In this document: positions 62,831 to 64,000 of the stretch, piece after piece
How the letters are laid out: each line of letters begins with the position of its first letter
How positions within the stretch are numbered: position 1 is the stretch's first letter
Assembly (NCBI RefSeq): GCF_036321535.1
Contig: NC_087437.1
Coordinates: 75,332,001-75,396,000 of the forward strand
From: Camelus dromedarius
Taxonomy: Eukaryota
Direction of reading: 5' to 3'
DNA length: 64,000 nucleotides
Position numbers and translations under genes: made by a program
The notes under the pieces: model-generated
Databases searched by the model: none
Told to the model about the DNA's origin: nothing
Seen by the model: the letters and a program-made list of their open reading frames with translations, nothing else

Positions 62831-64000
62831 CTTTTTAATGAGTGGATGGTGGTAGTGGGGTAATGAAATAGGTAGGTGGTGGTGAATTATTTAGGTTTTC
62901 AGTTGACAAAAGGAAGTTTTTACAGATATTGACTATGAATTGCTTTCCTAACATCATGGATTTGAAGACTTCCAGCCTTCTTTTTGGAATTTCAGGTTTC
63001 TGTGGAGCTTGCTCGGAGGCTGTAAGCCTCAAAGTTGTCTGTATGACGAGCACTTATGTCTTCAGAGCACTAATCACCCTTGGAATCTGTAGCCAGATGT
63101 TGCTGATTCTGATTTCTGATGTTCTGTAGTATCTTGCATTTTTATTAACCTCCTGTAATTAAGACCCCAATCTTGACAGCCTGTGACCTATTTTGGGAAA
63201 GTGTGATGCTAAACAATGATGCCGCAGTTTGAATTTTTGCAATGCAAACACTCATGTTCATTCACGCTGTATGTTTTTGCTTCATTGTTTCTTATCAGCT
63301 GGGTTTCTGAACACATCTAGGGACACTGCTTCCATCTAGCAAGGAATCTAATTAGCTGCCTCTATTTTGGAGCGATTCTGTTACCTATTAGAGTTGCCTC
63401 CCATTGAGTCAGCTCTGATTTCAGCAGGTTTTTTGTTTGTTTGTTTTTTTAAGTCTTAAGACAAAGTCACAAGAAAAGCTTCATAAGATAGTCAAAACAG
63501 TTCTTCATATGTCCTTAAAGGGTATGGGCTTGCTTGATCTTGTGGTATCAAAGAACTCTGCTTTACCCCTTCTTACAGATGGTCTGTTTCTGTCTATGAA
63601 AGGGATGGGAGTACAGGAATATGCATACATGGCTTCGAGGTTACTTCTGTGACCCTGGGCATGAGCAGAGAATCATGTCATTCCATCTTTCTTATAACAC
63701 TCCAGCTGGCCTTTGTGTTAGGAGGGTACTGCTTGGCTTCTTCCAGAAGCCTTGCTGAGAGCCAGATATGGTGGCTCACTGGATGGCTTTTCAAAGGCTT
63801 CTCTCAGAGATTTCAGCTGTGGCTGTGGTGGGGCTCTATCTCATGAACATGCCTATACTATAGCATAAAACTCAAGATAATTGGGGGAGAACATAGGCTG
63901 GGATGTGGCCAGTTCTTTCCGAAGGCAAAACAGTGAACAGAATTGTGTGGTAGCGCTCATCTGCCCCTTTCTTTGTGTCCTCCCTTCTTGTAATCCCTTC

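Larger units (their letters stand above)
2088..64000 (+). other. MYH15: MYH15 gene body (5' part: 18 coding exons encoding most of the myosin motor domain; continues beyond the window)
   Basis: Spliced translation begins MDLSELGEAAAFLRRSEAEL and contains GESGAGKT (P-loop), [21 protein letters not shown] (switch I), LDITGFE (switch II) and [10 protein letters not shown]. The N-terminus and DITGFE match recalled MYH15 rather than MYH1-8. Exon lengths 88,107,144,157,28,94,93,64,96,104,139,119,150,171,177,133,68,88 sum to 2020 nt in consistent phase. Confidence 0.95.

Noticed and set aside
1..64000. Intronic myomiR (miR-208/miR-499 type), tRNA/rRNA genes, CRISPR arrays or prokaryotic systems
   Set aside because: None recognised by eye. 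MyomiRs are hosted by MYH6, MYH7 and MYH7B, and the sequence is clearly a mammalian intron-exon locus.

Overview
This is mammalian genomic DNA, most likely a camelid or other non-ruminant cetartiodactyl judging from the LINE-1 3' ends (inference). The whole window lies in the 5' part of MYH15 (sarcomeric myosin heavy chain 15) on the + strand. I read 18 coding exons from ATG 2149 to 60931, all with GT-AG junctions. They join into an uninterrupted 2020-nt frame (673 codons) covering most of the motor domain, and the gene continues past the window end. The introns are full of L1, L2, MIR, LTR and DNA-transposon relics. Four observations stand out. (1) The frame and the P-loop/switch motifs are intact, yet several normally near-invariant myosin-II residues are radically substituted, including a cluster of T>C changes in coding exon 4. 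(2) A 5.3-kb antisense L1 is flanked by a 100-bp direct duplication and stacked on the tail of an older L1. (3) One L1 frameshift looks like a template-switch mutation that created a perfect hairpin. (4) A 711-bp Mutator-like DNA transposon with long TIRs and a transposase relic sits inside an L1. Reference myosin residues and repeat family names are from memory and were not checked against a database. Most short ORFs in the supplied track are spurious.
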